Assembly: GCF_006345805.1 (NCBI RefSeq)
Contig: NC_043006.1
Location: 78,244,001-78,308,000, forward strand
Source of the DNA: Octopus sinensis
Lineage: Eukaryota
Reading direction: 5' to 3'
Length of the DNA stretch: 64,000 nucleotides
Shown here one piece after another: positions 1 to 12,920 of this stretch. Position 1 is the stretch's first letter. Every line of letters begins with the position of its first letter. The position numbers and the translations under genes are program-made. The notes below the pieces were generated by a model. The model had not been told where the DNA came from, ran no database searches, and saw nothing but the letters and a program-made list of their open reading frames with translations.

Positions 1-1053
1 CAATAATTTGTATGGAAAAGAAAATGACGCAACATGAAGTTAATTGTGAATGGCTGGCTTTCCCTATAGTTGAATAGGCTACAATGAAGTAAAAACAAAG
101 CGTAGAAGGTGTATATAAATGAACGTAAGATTTTAATCCGAGCTATTATTAAAGTGACAATCATTACTTGTGAAACAACTTTCAGAAAACCTGATCTTAT
201 AACTGTCATGCTGAGCTTGTAGTTTCAAGGGAATTTACTGTTCATGACCACAAACTTTCGTTAAGTTGGAAGCTTTAACGTCATTTAGTACAGTGACAGG
301 GTTTTGTGTGGTAATTTTATATTTTTCTTGTTTGAGTTCATCCCTACTGAGTTCATCCCTTCTTCCTAACATAAAGGTGCGGTGATATGTCGTGAAAGAG
401 AATTCGCGTCGTACCTGTAATAAACCCAATTCTTAGATATGGGTGAGTGCGCTCAATCGTGCGCGAGACAGCTAAACAGCCACACAATTGAGTGTGTGTC
501 TAGGGACGCCTAAACAGGACGGATCGGCCTAAATAGCGATCGATGTGATGATGGATCACCAGACACATATTCTATTAAATGCTGGAATAAGTATTTGTAC
601 TTTTTACACACGCTCTCAAAATCGACTAAGATACGATGTCCTGGAGAACCATACACAATATCTCTTTTCCTTAAGAAAAGAGGGATGAACTAAGTACTTA
701 CAATATTTCCTTATCTACCACACTACAGAAAAACAGCATACTTTGCAAGTATGGAAATACGGCAACGTGTGGTCTAAGAATAACTATAGAACTTTGTGTC
801 TTTCTGTTTTAATGCATATGAAAATAGAGTGTTATATTTCAATCCTCATTTTAATATTAATAGACTAATAGACTAATAAAAATATAGATGAATGCGTGTA
901 GTGAAGTGGGAATTAATATGACATGTTTTATGCTGTACGCCACAGGTTTGTGCTATATTTTTGATGTCTGAGGAAAAATATTCATGAGCTAAATTACTAA
1001 TTGTGGTAAAATAAAGACAGGAAAGAAGAAAACCCAAATATAAACGATACGAG

Positions 1054-1056
<3 letters not shown>

Positions 1057-1110
<54 letters not shown>

Positions 1111-1260
1111 ACACATACAAATACACACACATGTACACACAGGCACACACACATACGCACACTCATACACCACACACATACACATACTCATAGACACACA
1201 CATATACGTGTGTGTCTGAGTATACACACACATGCAAACATACACACACACGTGTGTGTG
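1057..1260. repeat. (CA)n / compound CA-TA microsatellite
   Basis: Directly visible; explains the CV/TH-rich pseudo-ORFs 873-1449. Confidence 0.95.
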
Positions 1261-1477
1261 TATACAAAATCCACTCACAAGGCTTTGGTTGGCCCGAGGC
1301 TACAGGAGAATAGACGCCTAGGAAGAATTTCTTACAATATATTTTTATTTATCAAAGAAACTTCAGTTCACTTCTTAAATCTTGGACTCAATCCATTTGT
1401 ACACTGCCGAGCATATTTTATACATCGAAACTCTCCCTACATTTGTTGACTGCTGTTTCTGAAGAGCAAAATATAAT

Positions 1478-1720
1478 GTCTGGCCTAGTGGATTGTGTGT
1501 TGAACTCACGATCGCGAGAACAGGGTTTCAATTCATAGCCTGGCTGGTGTATTGTGTTCCTGAGCAAAACCCTTCACCTTACGTGGCTCTGCAATCACTT
1601 CGACACCTGATGCTTGGTATACTGTGCACCTGTTCAGATAATGTCGATTTGATGAAGGGAGTGAGCTAACGTACTGCACATACATTCGATCACTATAAAC
1701 TGCTGGTTGTTCGATAAAAA
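1478..1720 (+). mobile_element. Degenerate tRNA-derived SINE
   Basis: Head with A-box-like ggcctagtggatt and B-box-like gggtttcaattc, followed by a gtgttcctgagcaaaac SINE-core-like segment. Confidence 0.45.
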
Positions 1721-1849
1721 GCTGAACACTGATACACCATCTTCAACGAGACAATCCATCAGAGACTGAATAGCAGAAATTATATTTTTGTATTTAACAT
1801 AATACTAATACTAATGAGATAGCTCACCATTAAAGACTACCTATGCTTT

Positions 1850-2530
1850 CACGCTTCTTTGTAGTTTATTAAAAATGTTCACAAAATGTGTTGGGCAACC
1901 AAGTTTACACAAAACAATCCATAGTGCCTCCCTGTTTAATGTGTCAAATGCCTTAATTAAATCTATGAAAATCTGGTATAGTGGCATTTGATCCTCTAAT
2001 CATTTCTCCTGAAACTACCTCGCAGAATATATCATGTCCATTGTCTCTCGCTCAGGTCTGAAACCATACCGTTCATCGAGAATCATATGTCAACACATCA
2101 TCAACGAGAGGTTCTAACGTGATTCTTGAAAGTATCTCCCCAGCATGTTCCTGAAGAGTTATCCCTCTAGAATTACCACACGCTGATTTTGGGCCCTTAC
2201 TCTTGTATATTGAGATGTGAATGCCATTTATCTATTTCTGTGGCACAGAAGATTCATTCCAAACTCGAATCATCAGGCTATGAATTTCAGATAAAAATAT
2301 AAGAATTTCAACTAGAATACCATTCAATCCAGGAGCTTTACTTGATCTCAGTTAAAATGATGCCAAATTTACTTCTTCAATGGAAGGTGTTTGTGTTGCA
2401 CTATCTCCTTATGCGGAACGTTGTTTATGATATCCACGTTCACTGCAAAAGGATTGTGGAAAAGATATGCAAAAGTGTTGTCTCCATCAATTCATTATTC
2501 CAGGAGGATCTTTAATGACTCCATTTCCAT
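1850..2530 (-). mobile_element. RTE-clade LINE reverse transcriptase fragment (decayed)
   Basis: Manual minus-strand translation gives KAPGLNGI..VPQK..I.ISIYKSKGPKSACGNSRGITL, matching the N-terminal RT region of RTE elements; stops and frameshifts present. Confidence 0.75.
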
Positions 2531-2599
2531 CTATCGTCACGCACCTTCATATGTATGTATATGTGTGTGTGTGTGTGTGTGTGAGTGAGTGTGTGTGTG

Positions 2600-2643
<44 letters not shown>

Positions 2644-2774
2644 AATATCACTACATCCATAAAATATGTATATTTTTTAAATTTCTTTATAAAATGGTAT
2701 TAAACTATGTGAAACGAAGGCATTTCTTTTACACTTGATATATATATATATGCGTATGTGTGTATACATACATA

Positions 2775-2985
2775 TAACGGGAAGCTTTATGAAAATAAAC
2801 AAAAGACGAAGGCAGGTGGAGTACAAACAAACAATTGTATTAGTATGACGCTCAGGAATATAAATAAAACAAGTCTTTTACGTTTCGAGCCTACGCTCTT
2901 CAACAGAAAGATACACAGAAAAGAAACACGGAGAGAAACAAGGAGAGAAGAAAAATGCGTGCAGAAGCTAGCGATTCAACATGGC
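2775..2985 (-). mobile_element. Short interspersed repeat family C with hammerhead-like fold (other copies about 10066-10260 -, 27710-27895 +, 29705-29960 -, 58270-58410 +, 60170-60390 +)
   Basis: The shared core gtcttttacgtttcgagcctacgctcttcaacagaaag recurs in both orientations. Confidence 0.8.
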
Positions 2986-3288
2986 GATACATATATGTGT
3001 GTATGTGTGTGGGGGGCATGACTGTGCATGCATACGTTTGTGTGTTTGTAATGATTTGTCATAGATAAAAACCAAGGTTACTTCAAAATAATTTTGATGG
3101 TACTGAAGACGCCAGTAAACTAACTTTGTTGTTATTAAGCCGAACAATGGCCCTGAATATTTGATGCAATCTTGTAGTCAAATAAAATAAAATAATTTCA
3201 AGAAACATTGTGTTAAATGACTGTTCATTTAGTTCTTGTAATTGCGTTTATTTGCAATATAAAATATTTCTTTACTAGTTCGCTTTTT

Positions 3289-3592
3289 TTAACCTGTTTT
3301 GCTATGATCCCCGTTTGGGACTTTTCGAAAAAGCTATCATATTTTCCAAAATATTTCACATATTATGAAGAAAATTGAAATACTATATATTATTTCATCT
3401 CATAAGATACCTGGCATAGTAAAAAAAAAATATGAATAAAACAATTTGACTGTTATTGGGCTAATGTGATCAAATTAAAAGCTTTCATCAAAATTTAATG
3501 CTAATTTATTCTCCAAACTCCATTGTTCATTAGTTTAAAAAATAATTTAAACAAAGCGCATATCGTCAGAATAATGGTGACAAAAGCGTTAA
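3289..3592. mobile_element. piggyBac-like MITE
   Basis: TTAA at both ends; degenerate TIRs ttaacctgttttgctat / atggtgacaaaagcgttaa. Confidence 0.55.
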
Positions 3593-4603
3593 AATTACAC
3601 CCATACCTTAGTGATGAGATAATAACTAGATAATGAATTCTTTAGAAAAGTATGGAGGCAAACGTGATATCTGAGGTAATTCCTGTTTTACTACTACCAT
3701 TATTTTTCCCTTCGCTTTATGAGATTTAAATAATTTCAATGACAATGTCTGAGTGATTTAAAAGAAATTATTCTAAACCAGTCTATTCTAATTGTTCCAG
3801 GTAATTCATTCCCATTTAAAGTGACAATGTTTATTTATTTTTTGTCGTAAATCGCATGCCCGGATTTTCATGCTGTTAGCTGCATGTTAATTATCTATGT
3901 TTACTAAATCTAATGTTTATACACATGATGCAGATAATCTCTTTTCGCTGATTCAATTTGGTCTTTCGTATTCCCCGCAGATACCCTCTATTTCCATGAC
4001 AAACTATGGCATTTTTCATAGAGGTTTATTCCAGACATAGCCAAGATATTTTCGTTGTATTCCTACGATAGAAATATTTCAATCTTACTTTTAAAAATAC
4101 ATATCTTAGAATATTCTATGGCAAATTTTATTTATATACTTCACTACATGTATTTTTTAAACATATGGTCTTTATCATCATCTGCGTCATCATTTGCTTA
4201 TTTGATTTCAATATTTTTAATATCAAGCATGATGAACGATGCAGCAGTCATTGTTGCTTTTAGAAGTCAACTAGCTTACGGTAATCAAGATTTCATTAAT
4301 CGTGTTGTTTCTCCATTAGATTTATTTATCTTAGTTGTTTCAAGGAGGATGTGAATGTGCATTTCTAGGAAACGGGAAACGAATTATTAGCAATAAAAAA
4401 TATGGTTAGCCTATATTAAGTTTCTATTTGCATGAACATGGCTCATCTTAAATAATTACGGATAATATTTGGTCTGCTTGAATTTTGGGTAACATTTAAT
4501 CGCTTTTCATTTATATGACTCAGTCATCGGAATAAGGCTAAGATCGAGTACCACCTTTAGGGATTTTAGTCGAGCAAATCAACTTCAATATTGTTGTTCT
4601 ATG

Positions 4604-4649
<46 letters not shown>

Positions 4650-4764
4650 ATATGATGTATTTATACGGAGAGAGAGAGCGCTAGAGAGCGAGGCAATGAT
4701 GGAGATAAACAAATTAATATTAAATATAACAGCTTGGGTTTGAAATACAATATATATATATATA

Positions 4765-5035
4765 CCGGAGTAAACACATAAATGTGAAACAAGGTGGAAA
4801 AAAGGAGTACTCAAATACCAGTGGTAGAGTAATATGCTTTATTTAAAGCAGCAGAAAATTCAACAAAATCTGTTACTCTGAGTTTCTCGTTGCCGTTCAT
4901 CAGACAGTTTTTGCTAGAATGGAACCGATATATCAATTGATATATCGATTCCATTCTAGCAAAAACTGTCTGATGAACGGCAACGAGAAACTCAGAGTAA
5001 CAGATTTTGTTGAATTTTCTGCTGCTTTAAATAAA

Positions 5036-5036
<1 letters not shown>
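4765..5036. mobile_element. Penelope-terminus-like repeat forming a 200-bp palindrome (4837-5036); diverged relative at 18266-18470
   Basis: 100-bp arms with one mismatch, centre caattg. The leader ccggagtaa.cataaatg.gaaacaaggtggaaaaa is shared with the 18266 copy. Confidence 0.75.
4962..5008 (+). ncRNA. Type I hammerhead ribozyme-like motif (mirror copy on the minus strand in the left arm)
   Basis: ctgt-CTGATGA-acg gcaa cga-GAAA-ctc a gag-TA-acag. Helix I ctgt/acag, helix III ctc/gag, GUA triplet; helix II has an A.A closing mismatch. Confidence 0.6.
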
Positions 5037-5124
<88 letters not shown>

Positions 5125-5490
5125 GACAGAGACAGACAGACAGATAGATAGATATTCTTTTATTTTTCTTTCTTTTATTTGTTTCAGTCTATCTGATTGC
5201 GGCGATGCTGGAGCACCACATCTAATCGAACGAATCGTCCCAGGACTTATTCTTTGTAAGCCTAGTACTTATTCAATCGGTCTCATTTGCCGAAATGCTA
5301 AGTTACGGGATATAAAGACACCAACATCGGTTATCAACCGATGGTGAGAATGGAATCAAACACAGACATACAAACACTCACACAAATACATACACACACA
5401 CACACGCACACTCATATTTATATATATATATATATTTGTATGTACACACACATAAATATATATATATATATAAATATATCTATATATATC

Positions 5491-5561
<71 letters not shown>

Positions 5562-5597
5562 ATATATATACATATATACATATATATATATATATTA

Positions 5598-5640
<43 letters not shown>
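5036..5640. repeat. Compound (TA)n/(GA)n/(GACA)n microsatellites around a SINE-A 3' half (5160-5347, minus)
   Basis: Directly visible; the SINE-A segment matches other copies in the window. Confidence 0.9.
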
Positions 5641-6774
5641 GGAAGCGCCTTGCCTAGTGGATAGAATGCTGCACGCATTTGATCGTAAGATTATGCTTTC
5701 TATTGTTAGATCGAATGATGCGTTGCAATCCCGTGTAATATATTTCATCACACGGTTCTCCTATCCACTCATCAGACAAACGTGAGTAATCTTGCGACAA
5801 ACCAGTATCTGATCCCGTACACGTTTTGTTTTTCTCTTCTGAAGATCAGGATCCTATGTAATCTCCACCACTCGAAATGGTTGTATTTAAGTTGAAAAGG
5901 CATGACTAAGGCGAAACATCTGCAACATGACAAATATTACTACTTATGAACTCGTAACAGGATAAACCTATCATAGAGTACTCTAATCAATTTCGGAAAG
6001 CTGTATCCCTGAAGTGTCCCAGTTAATGATAAACAAAAAAAAAACAAGACAAACACTAGTAGCAATTATCTCTATCTTTAAATCGAGGATATAATTTCAG
6101 GATTTGAAGAAATAATTCTACGCATTAAATTTATACACTCAAGGACAAAATACTTATTTTTGATTGTAGTAACAGGATATCTTATCAAGTTCGTCAATAA
6201 GTCTCTAATATCTTATACCGCCTGATGTCAATAGACCTATCATAATAAAATCATTTCCCTACCTTTGTTAAATCAGTGTTGGCTATAATTTCTATTCATT
6301 ATCTGTGGAAAAAACCTTAAAAAATTGTTAAATAGAATTTAAAACTAAAATGTCATTTATGGCCTACTTCATAAATTTTACACTTCAGAAAAGTACTGAA
6401 ATGTGAAAGGCGGAATAGGAACATCAAAGCCATACAGACATTTTAAACCATTTAAACCAATTTAAACAAACAGAGAAAAAAGGAATAGCTTTTAGGGGAA
6501 CAGTATCGTCTATGCTATACAGAGATGCATATATAAACACCTTCCACGCTGCAATCATAGTATTGATAAATATATTTTTCTATTTCTATTTCAAATTTGA
6601 TTTTATGGTCGTAAAAATCAAAACGTGACCGACATTCTTAGAAAGCATTAATCTGACAATGAGGCTTCGTATTTCCTGATGCTATGAGCTTGTTGTTGTT
6701 GTTGTATATATGTGCGTGTGTGTTCGGGTGTGTTTGTTCATATGTGCGTATATTTGTGAACGCCTGTGCGTGTT

Positions 6775-6808
<34 letters not shown>

Positions 6809-6934
6809 CATGCATATAAATTACTCTCACAGCGACTTCAACGTGTGATGGACAGATTGTTTGATGAACTGAACGAATTACTGAATTAGCATGCAAAGTA
6901 GGTCAATATTCCGCATATAAATACATACATACAT

Positions 6935-7170
6935 ACAGATATATGTGTATGTATGTATGTATGTATGTATGTATGTATGTATGTATGTATGTATGCATAC
7001 ATGTATGTATGTGTCTAAATATATGTATATGTATATGTATGTATGTATGTGTTTATATATGTATGTATGTATGTATGTATGTAAGTATGTATGTATGTGT
7101 CTATATATATGTATGTATGTGTCTATATATGTATGTATGTAAGTATGTATGTATGCTTGTATGTATATGC
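6935..7170. repeat. (TATG)n microsatellite
   Basis: Directly visible. Confidence 0.95.
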
Positions 7171-7249
7171 AGACACACAAATATGCCAACCCTGTCAAAT
7201 TCGCAAATAACACTCATAAATTTGAAAACAATTATCATAAACACTTTTC

Positions 7250-8350
7250 GTTAGCAACAATGGAATGCTCCTGATTGTACAGAACTTGATAACAGGAGAA
7301 GAAAAACCGATCCTGCACTCACCACAGAAATGAAACGAAGTCTTTGAAGGCGTCCCGACATATCTGGTGACTGAAGGTGAAATTCTCTAAGCTTACGAAT
7401 ACCTTCAACAACTTCGTGCTGATATCCAGCTAAGAGACAGGTAAGCCCGCCTGCTTATGAATACTAGTCGCTCTGAAAAATCTGTTCGATAGCCACCATG
7501 TTGATTTTTACTGGGACGACATTTTATCCCAGCTCAAACTTTCGAAATGAAATTGAAAGTACGATGAAACAATTAGCTTACACTAGCTACTATCTTAGAC
7601 GCCATCTCCATTTGAAACACAAAAGCATAGAAATATTACAAGAAAATGCGGGAAACACTAAAATATACTAATAACCAACTGCAGATTTGTACAATAAAAT
7701 ATAATCTCTCAAGGAAAGTGGTTTCGATTAGAGTGGCAAGTATATATTTCAACTGCTTTTTCAAAGATAGATTTAGATACATACCAATCATCTTACAGAT
7801 CTAAGAATATGATCTGCTTCTCACTTATCCTTTGTTTTTAGTAGTAACTTCAAATATTGGCGAAAGACTATTTGAGTTAATTTATATCCTCTTACATTGG
7901 CAACTGCCTTATAAGATCGCTTTAATAGACACGATCTCCCTTGGTCCCCTTATACCATTGCCATAGCAACACAGTTAATGTGTACACTTTCAGGAATAGG
8001 CAAAAAGCATTTAACAATGTTTGCAAAAATTTAAAGAGGTAATGCACAAGAAGTGTAACTCCACTAAAAACATAACAGAATAAGAAATAGTGAAACTAAA
8101 AAATATATCGGAATGGACAAAGGAAGATTCGAAAATTGATATGCGGATCACACTGCTTCCTTTTAGAGTAGAAATGCAGTTAACAGCACCGATGTCAAAG
8201 TATGTAAACATTGAAACATAAAGACGCTGCGATTACAGATAATCATGAATAACATACGTCTCCAATACATAAATATGACAACAACTTCGTTTATGTCACT
8301 TAAATTTGACATTTCATTGACTTGTTTGGCGATTGCTGCTAATGACCTTT
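7250..8350 (+). mobile_element. Penelope-like retroelement remnant (RT + GIY-YIG endonuclease)
   Basis: FYPS motif near 7525 and NSETKKYIGMDKGRFEN*YADHTASF at about 8086-8165, typical of the PLE GIY-YIG domain; many stops. Confidence 0.65.
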
Positions 8351-8769
8351 ATTCACTCCCGACTGAAGAAACTTGCTACCAAAGGTGCTCCAGCTTTGAC
8401 CATCATATCGTTTATATGGGAAACTGCATATCCATGTCCATGGCTGCTTTATCAACGTTCTACTTTCATTTCTCTTTTATGACGGTAAGGCGAGGATTTT
8501 ACTGCTTTTCATGTATATTGAATAACCGGTTAGAAACTCATTGTATGGATCAGGAAGTGGATGTAGAAATTCAGACCCGCAGGTGAGACTGATACAGTTG
8601 AAATCTGTTGTTTCATCGACTTCGTGTATGTAGTTTCTTTTACTATAGATATATAACTAAGAGTGCCATCGGTTTAAGAGAAACAAGAACAGGAGATATT
8701 CTGACATTCATACGCATTTATTCTTTACTTATGTTCATCTTAGGTCATTTAACTGTACGCATGTACGCG

Positions 8770-10015
8770 CCCACATACATACGTACGTAGGTAGGTACAT
8801 ACATGCATGCATACATATACATATATATACAAACATACATGTATATATATTGTATGTATATATATTGTATATATACATATATATATTGTATATATATATA
8901 TACATATATATATTGTATATATACATACATATATATATACATACATATATATATACATATATATATATACATACATGCATACATACAGGTATTCGCTCAC
9001 ACACACACGTGTGTGTGTGTGTGCGTACGTGTGTGTGTGTGTGCGTACGTGTGTGTGGCGAGGTGGGGAGGGGCTTTGTGTTATAGACACTTTTTGGGAG
9101 TACTATACAGTGAGACTGGACCTGAAATTATGCGATGTGAATAGAATCTTTCTATGCTTTCATCCTATGGTACCGTTTCATCAAACAATAAGACAGCTGT
9201 TTTTTATGAGAAAGAAACATAGCAAAACTAGTTTACCCTACCTGAGAGACAACACATCGTATTCAAGCTATTAAGTCGGTGTTTAATTCCAAAATGACTG
9301 GCGAAACTGTATATCCTATATTGTTCTTTTCATCTAATCTATCTCATTAACTGGAGAGAATGCACCCTCAGTAATTAGACTTTCAATCACTTTTTTCTCC
9401 TACGAAACGAGAATGACGTAGAAATATTTATATTAAATTGAGCAGGTGACCTACTCAGTGAGAAATAATTGATACAAGGCTTCTTAACACGGTATGTTTA
9501 CGCAAATGATTACTATTCGGCTTAGGTATGCGTTAAAATCCTGCATCTTGACAGGATATTTAACAACGACAAGAATTAAAATATAAAACAAAAAGGGGAG
9601 AGAGAGAGCGACGGCGTGTGTGTTGGTGCGTGTGTGTGTGTGTGTGATTGTGTGATTGTGTGTGTGTATGTGACTGTGTGTGTGTGAATTTGTGCCTGTG
9701 TGTGTGTGAGAGAGAGAGAGAGTGTGTGTGTGTGAAAGAGAGAGGTGTAATTCATTTTTTGTTTTCATTCGAATTTGTCCATAGCCAAGACTGAAGGGTG
9801 AAATATCAACATCTGTAACGACGCTAACTTTCATACACGCACAGAAATGTATACACACACACATACATTCATACATATATACAAACATACATACATAGAT
9901 ACATAAATACACACATACACACATACATACATATATACATGAATGCATACAAACATACATACATACATACATTCATACATACATACATATATAAATACAT
10001 ACATACATACATACA

Positions 10016-10047
<32 letters not shown>

Positions 10048-10066
10048 CATACATACATACATACAT
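8770..10066. repeat. Compound TA/CA/TG/TACA microsatellite blocks (8770-9060, 9600-10066)
   Basis: Directly visible. Confidence 0.9.
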
Positions 10067-10419
10067 AGGGAGAGCTTACGAAAAACACAAAAGACGAAGA
10101 CAGGTGGTGTACAAAACAAACAGATGTATTAGTATAACGCTCAGGAATAGAAAAAGTCTTTTACGTTTCGAGCCTACGCTCTTCTACAGAAAGGGACACA
10201 GAAAGAAACAAGGAGAGAAACAAGGAGAGAAAAAAATGTGTGTAGTGGTTATGAGTTTTCGTGGGATACATTGTGATATTTTTGTCAACAAAGCGGAGGC
10301 ATCACAAGAAATAGCGTAGTGGTTGACATATCTGAAATAGCAGTTTGAAATTGCATCCTGCTATTTGATAAAATTCGAAATATTGTCCTATATATGAAAA
10401 AAAAAATAGGAGGAATATA

Positions 10420-10770
10420 TATGGTGCCAAAGATCCCAAGATCACCATCAAAATACAGGACCAGATACTGCAACAGCTTGGATTTCAGGGGACCACAGCT
10501 CTTCAATATCTTTCCTAAATTCCTGAGAGACCTGCATGGTGTGGATGTGAGTTTCTTTAAAACTAAACTGGATCTCTCCTTGTCGGGGGTTCCAGATGAA
10601 CCTACTTCTCGGCGGGAAACACAGATGCAGGCAGCGGCGTCGAACTCCCTTGTTGATCAAGTGCCACGTATCAGAGGTGGTTTCACATACTAGTATAGCT
10701 CATTCAACAGTGGTGCCCCAGCATGGCCGCAGCTTTCGGGCTGAAACATTTTTAAGGATTTAAGGATTTA
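10420..10770 (+). mobile_element. CR1/L2-group LINE 3' fragment
   Basis: ORF 10394-10693 VPKIPRSPSKYRTRYCNSLDFRGPQLFNIFPKFLRD..FKTKLD..VPDEP resembles a CR1/L2-type ORF2 C-terminus; ends in a stem-loop and an (aggattta)n tail. Confidence 0.8.
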
Positions 10771-11164
10771 ATGCATTAGTTCAATGGTTCTTCTTTGGTC
10801 ATTTTCTCTTGTTTTCCCCAAAGACAGTTTGTTTCTGAGTATACATTTTTAAGGATTTAAGGATTTATATATATATATTCAGAGCTGATATCTGGCTAGC
10901 TACAAAATGAAAGTAATACTCTTGTGGCGATTCATACAATATTGTTTAATATCTGTATATTGAAATTTGTTTGGAATTTACGCTGCCAGCCCCTGAACGG
11001 TAATGCAAATGCAAGGAATTGAATATTCCTCACTTTCTCGTAAACAATAAATACCCATAATTTTTTATACACACACACACACACACGTACGCGCACAGAC
11101 ACACAGACACACACACATATGTACGTATGTATGTACGTATATATATATATATATATATATATAT

Positions 11165-11572
11165 CCTCCTGACAGGAGGATGTCAGGAAGGGCATCGCTG
11201 TTACACTTCCAGATGGGAAGGGTCTTCCTTTGATGGTGACATGCAATGTCTGTGCAAAACCCTGCTTCAGTAAAGCTGGACTCAAGAGTCATCTTCGTAG
11301 TCATCTTCGTAGTCATAAAGCGTAACACACCATACTAATCATATCTGTCGGGCATGTGGAAGAGAGTGTAATTCTGCAGGAGGACTTAAACGACATGCAA
11401 AGGTACATGAAGCCCAGTTACAACTACAGCCGGCTATTACCGGTAAAGGTATTAGTTGCCAATTCTGTACAAGACATTGTAGATATTTAGCTGGGCTAAA
11501 AAGTCACATTCAATCACAGCACCAGGAACAGTTAAGCTTCGTGCAATGGCCATACTCGATAACGAGGGGGCC

Positions 11573-11578
<6 letters not shown>
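11165..11578 (+). mobile_element. LINE (probably RTE) 3' fragment encoding three C2H2 zinc fingers
   Basis: CNVCAKPCFSKAGLKSHLRSH, CRACGRECNSAGGLKRHAKVH, CQFCTRHCRYLAGLKSHIQSQH; one stop/frameshift, followed by a (TA)n tail. Confidence 0.65.
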
Positions 11579-11603
<25 letters not shown>

Positions 11604-11609
<6 letters not shown>

Positions 11610-11998
11610 GAAACATTAAAATTACTAAGTCTCTCTAAAGGAGATTACGGCAGCGTTACTGGAAATTAATAGTTATCGCCATACTTATATGACAGTCTTA
11701 TAAATATAAGACTAAAGCTGTGGCTGATTAGCTCCAAGAGGCCACCGCCTCAAGCTAGCTATTTGACACACAACCTGCGTCCATTATAAACCTTCGAACA
11801 GGGGAGGTCAGCCGCTTCATCCTGCCAGTCAGACAGCTGCAGACATGTTTCAGGGTATTTGCCCTTTATTAATGCAGCGTAGTCAGACCCAGCAGGTGTC
11901 GCTACTGACTGTCCCTGTTCGAAGAATCTATTTACCTAGTTTCAGTGGAATACATCCACTTGTTTTCAATAATAGAAATATTAGAATTACTAAGTCTC
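11604..11998 (-). mobile_element. 365-bp unit with 30-bp terminal direct repeats and a decayed hammerhead fold (11836-11878)
   Basis: ataatagaaa.att.(a/g)aattactaagtctc at 11604 and 11969. Minus strand reads gctgca-TTAATAA-aggg caaata ccct-GAAA-catg-TC-tgcagc. Confidence 0.6.
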
Positions 11999-12920
11999 GA
12001 TCAGGTTATCGAAGTACAATATAATGTAAAAAAAAAACTCAGTGTTACATTGTAGTTTTATTATTGACTTCTTACAGCAAAACCAATTCTATAAAGAGAC
12101 GTCAGTCGCCAAGTCTGGCCATATTGTAAGTCGTTTGCGTGTGTATGTGTATGTGTATGTGATATTTGTATGATTGTGTGTGCGTTTGTATATTTATGAT
12201 TATGTTTAGGTGTGTACTCCATTGAAAGTGGTGTTTATACTGTTATTCACCGATAGTATGAGTAATTGACAATTGGAATAAGTCGAATATATTCGTGATC
12301 TTTAAACGATATTCTATTCTATAAGAGTTTGTTCAATGCTGGATATGTTATTATTTGAAAATATATATACACATATATTTATGTGAGCTTGTTTGTTTGT
12401 TTACTTGTGTATGTCTATGTAATTATGTGTATATTTATGAGGGTTTTTTTGTAAGCATGACAGTGAGATAACATGAATATTTAACATATCTATATAAAGT
12501 CGTTTCTGTTAGACTTTCATTTCAGAATAGGTGTAATATATTTCCTCTTACGTCAACTTAGTACCCGTTCTGTTTTTTTAGTATTCAAATAAAATAACCA
12601 AGTTCAAGGTCTGTAACGTCAGTCATTTAAGAGAGTTAATTTAACAATCCAAACAGTGTTATTCAGACATAATATCGACGTTACTAGTATACGGGTAATA
12701 TTTATGTACGCACAACCGAACGGGGTAACATCTACCTAGTTAATCTATGTACAATAGCCATGTAATGCTTTCTTTTTACAATGGAACATCTGCTCAAAAC
12801 TACTTGATTGGTTGATGAAAAAATTCTGCTTACGGCCTGCTTAATCTGTCTGTTTCTCAAAATCTAAATGATAATCTGTACTCACATACACAGATGAGCC
12901 GACGCAATACATTTATAAAA

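Noticed and set aside
545-580. gTGATGA-tgg atca cca-GACA hammerhead-like string
   Set aside because: Both core boxes are altered and there is no helix I.
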